Shown: in pieces, positions 62,120-64,000 of the stretch
Position numbering within the stretch: position 1 is the stretch's first letter
Layout: the number at the start of each line of letters is the position of its first letter
NCBI GenBank assembly: GCA_030867685.1
Contig: JAQOWU010000007.1
Coordinates: 2,542,001 to 2,606,000 of the forward strand
Source: Wickerhamiella versatilis
Lineage: Eukaryota
Reading direction: 5' to 3'
Length of the DNA stretch: 64,000 nucleotides
Translations under genes and position numbers: made by a program
Notes under the pieces: model-generated
Seen by the model: only the letters and a program-made list of their open reading frames with translations
What the model was told of the DNA's origin: nothing
Databases searched by the model: none

Positions 62120-64000
62120 ATGAGTTCTTTGCCGACCGACCGAGTTCCAGCGGAAGCTGCGTTGGATAAAGTGCCCTCGGATTCATCTAGGTATGCTTCG
62201 CTTGATGAGAAGCTGTCTAAGAGTGATCCAGAGGAGATCCGGAGTTCGGACTCTGATGATGCGTATGTGGACAAATACGACAAGGGTGGTCACCGTGGTG
62301 TGATGCGTATTTCTGCTATAAATAGGATTTTGAATACTTACGGTACTATTAAGCTATTTGGCCGCGATATCCACACCTTGAGAATAACACTTCTGTTCTT
62401 CTTGTTTCTGCAAGGATATGTTACTGGTTTAGATGGTAACATGTCCATGGCGATGCAGCAACCACTCATCTCTATTTTTGGGCACAATGGTGATACATCC
62501 GCGGTTACCACTGTGAAGTCCGTGATTGCCTCTGCAGTGTTTATTCCTTATGCCCGCTTGTCAGATAGGGTCGGGCGTATGGAAATTTGGTTGGCAGCAT
62601 TGGCTCCGTTTCTTGCTGGACGGATAGCTACAGCGGCAACTCCCACATTTGCAGGCCTCTTCGCTGGTGTAGTTGTTGAGGAGTTCGGCTACGCTGCGTT
62701 TCGTTTTTTGTCGGGAATTCTCCCATCTGATATATCCTCTCTTAAGGACCATACGTTCACGATTAACATCTACGAGCTACCGGAAATTATCAACTTCTGG
62801 GCGGGATCGTACATTTCACAGTCCTTGATAGGTGCTGAAGCTAAGGAGTACCAACAACATGAAACCCAAATTCGATGGGGATTCGGTATGTTTACTATTC
62901 TTGTACCATTCACCACAGTTTTGCTAGCCAGTGTTTATCTCTATGCACAGTTCGTGTCGTACCGCCGTAAAGAACTACCCAGCCTGCGTAATCCCGACTC
63001 TGGAAAATCTTTTGCTCGGAGCCTATATGATCTTTTGAAAGAGCTAGATATCGTGGGTGTCATCCTGTATACCACGGGAATGGTTCTTCTATTCCTTGCG
63101 TTGAGTTTGGGTGGTGGTAAAGAAAACGAGTGGCATAGTGTACACATCATTGTAATGATTGTTATCGGTGGTGCATTGATACCTATCTGGGTTGTATGGG
63201 AAATGTTCTTTGCCACATCGCCGATTCTTCCAAAGCGCTACTTTGGAACCACATTCGCGTCTGCCATACTTATTATGTTCTTCGTCCGTGCCTCTATGTC
63301 AACCCTCTTAGGTCAAGGTCGTACGAATCTTCTTATCGCATATGGTCAATCCACCCAGCATACTCAATGGTTAAGTTCAATGGTTCTTTTCGTAGGTGCT
63401 ATTGTGAATCTCGTTATGGGCATTATTTTGCACTATTGGCCCCATCCTAAGTTCTTTATAATGACTGGTGGATATATTTTCTTGCTCGGCGTAGGTCTTT
63501 TTGTTAAGTACAGGGTGGACTACTTCGATAGCGGTATCCATGGATATGTCGGAGCTCTCGTTATTATGGGTCTCGGTGCTGCTTTCATCAGGTATCCCCT
63601 ATGGACTTTAGTACAAGCTTCTGTCCCTCACAAAGACATGGCTTCTGCTATTGGTCTTTTGATGTCTGCTTATCAGATTGGTGCCTCTGTCGGATCTTGT
63701 CTTGCTTCGGCTATTTGGCAAAACACAATCTTAAAGGATCTTTTGAAGTATGTTGGGCCTATCGAGGAAGTAACTTACGTGGACCCTAAAAAGAAGGAAC
63801 TCGTTAGTGTTCCTGGAAAGAAGTTTGCTATGCGATTCTTTCAAAATCCAAACAAACTCATGTCCGCGTTTAAACAAAAGAATGGTAAAGAAGTACATGA
63901 AGCTGTTCTAAAAGCTTATGAACACGGTAATTGGGTTACTGCGGTTGTTTCTGTTGCACTTGCTGGGGTTGTTGCTGTTTTGGTGTTTCTCCCATTCCCT
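62120..64000 (+). CDS. ENB1: Siderophore-iron MFS transporter, ENB1/ARN4-like (runs off the window end)
   Basis: Frame from ATG 62120, absent from the ORF track and in the same phase wherever checked to the end: FLQGYVTGL, TVKSVIAS...PYARLSDRVGR.E.W, AATPTFAGLFAG, RWGFGMF.ILVP. Confidence 0.8.
   Translation, partial: MSSLPTDRVPAEAALDKVPSDSSRYASLDEKLSKSDPEEIRSSDSDDAYVDKYDKGGHRGVMRISAINRILNTYGTIKLFGRDIHTLRITLLFFLFLQGYVTGLDGNMSMAMQQPLISIFGHNGDTSAVTTVKSVIASAVFIPYARLSDRVGRMEIWLAALAPFLAGRIATAATPTFAGLFAGVVVEEFGYAAFRFLSGILPSDISSLKDHTFTINIYELPEIINFWAGSYISQSLIGAEAKEYQQHETQIRWGFGMFTILVPFTTVLLASVYLYAQFVSYRRKELPSLRNPDSGKSFARSLYDLLKELDIVGVILYTTGMVLLFLALSLGGGKENEWHSVHIIVMIVIGGALIPIWVVWEMFFATSPILPKRYFGTTFASAILIMFFVRASMSTLLGQGRTNLLIAYGQSTQHTQWLSSMVLFVGAIVNLVMGIILHYWPHPKFFIMTGGYIFLLGVGLFVKYRVDYFDSGIHGYVGALVIMGLGAAFIRYPLWTLVQASVPHKDMASAIGLLMSAYQIGASVGSCLASAIWQNTILKDLLKYVGPIEEVTYVDPKKKELVSVPGKKFAMRFFQNPNKLMSAFKQKNGKEVHEAVLKAYEHGNWVTAVVSVALAGVVAVLVFLPFP

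Overview
Intron-poor ascomycete yeast DNA with a subtelomeric/accessory character. A Starmerella/Wickerhamiella-like host is suggested by recalled resemblance to the sophorolipid UGTs, an ENB1-type transporter and several bacterial-type genes; this is inferred, not searched. The window holds about 28 apparently intact genes (secreted or GPI-anchored hydrolases, MFS/APC transporters, two Zn2Cys6 regulators, nitrate reductase, bacterial-type enzymes, orphan membrane proteins) and about 7 pseudogenes. The main unexplained structure is a ~41-bp motif, CACTACCTGAGACTGGTTGGACAATGCAAGATAGCCCACTT. I counted about 35 full or partial copies by eye. They lie between genes, are mostly on the + strand, are circularly permuted with tandem junctions, and sit at the breakpoints of local duplications and a gene truncation. 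This looks like a repeat-punctuated gene-capture array: either telomere-like repeat patches at repair junctions or cassette recombination sites. The second highlight is a chimeric carboxylic acid reductase, with a fungal 4CL-like adenylation domain fused to an actinobacterial CAR-type T-R didomain. All family calls come from motif recognition without database searches.
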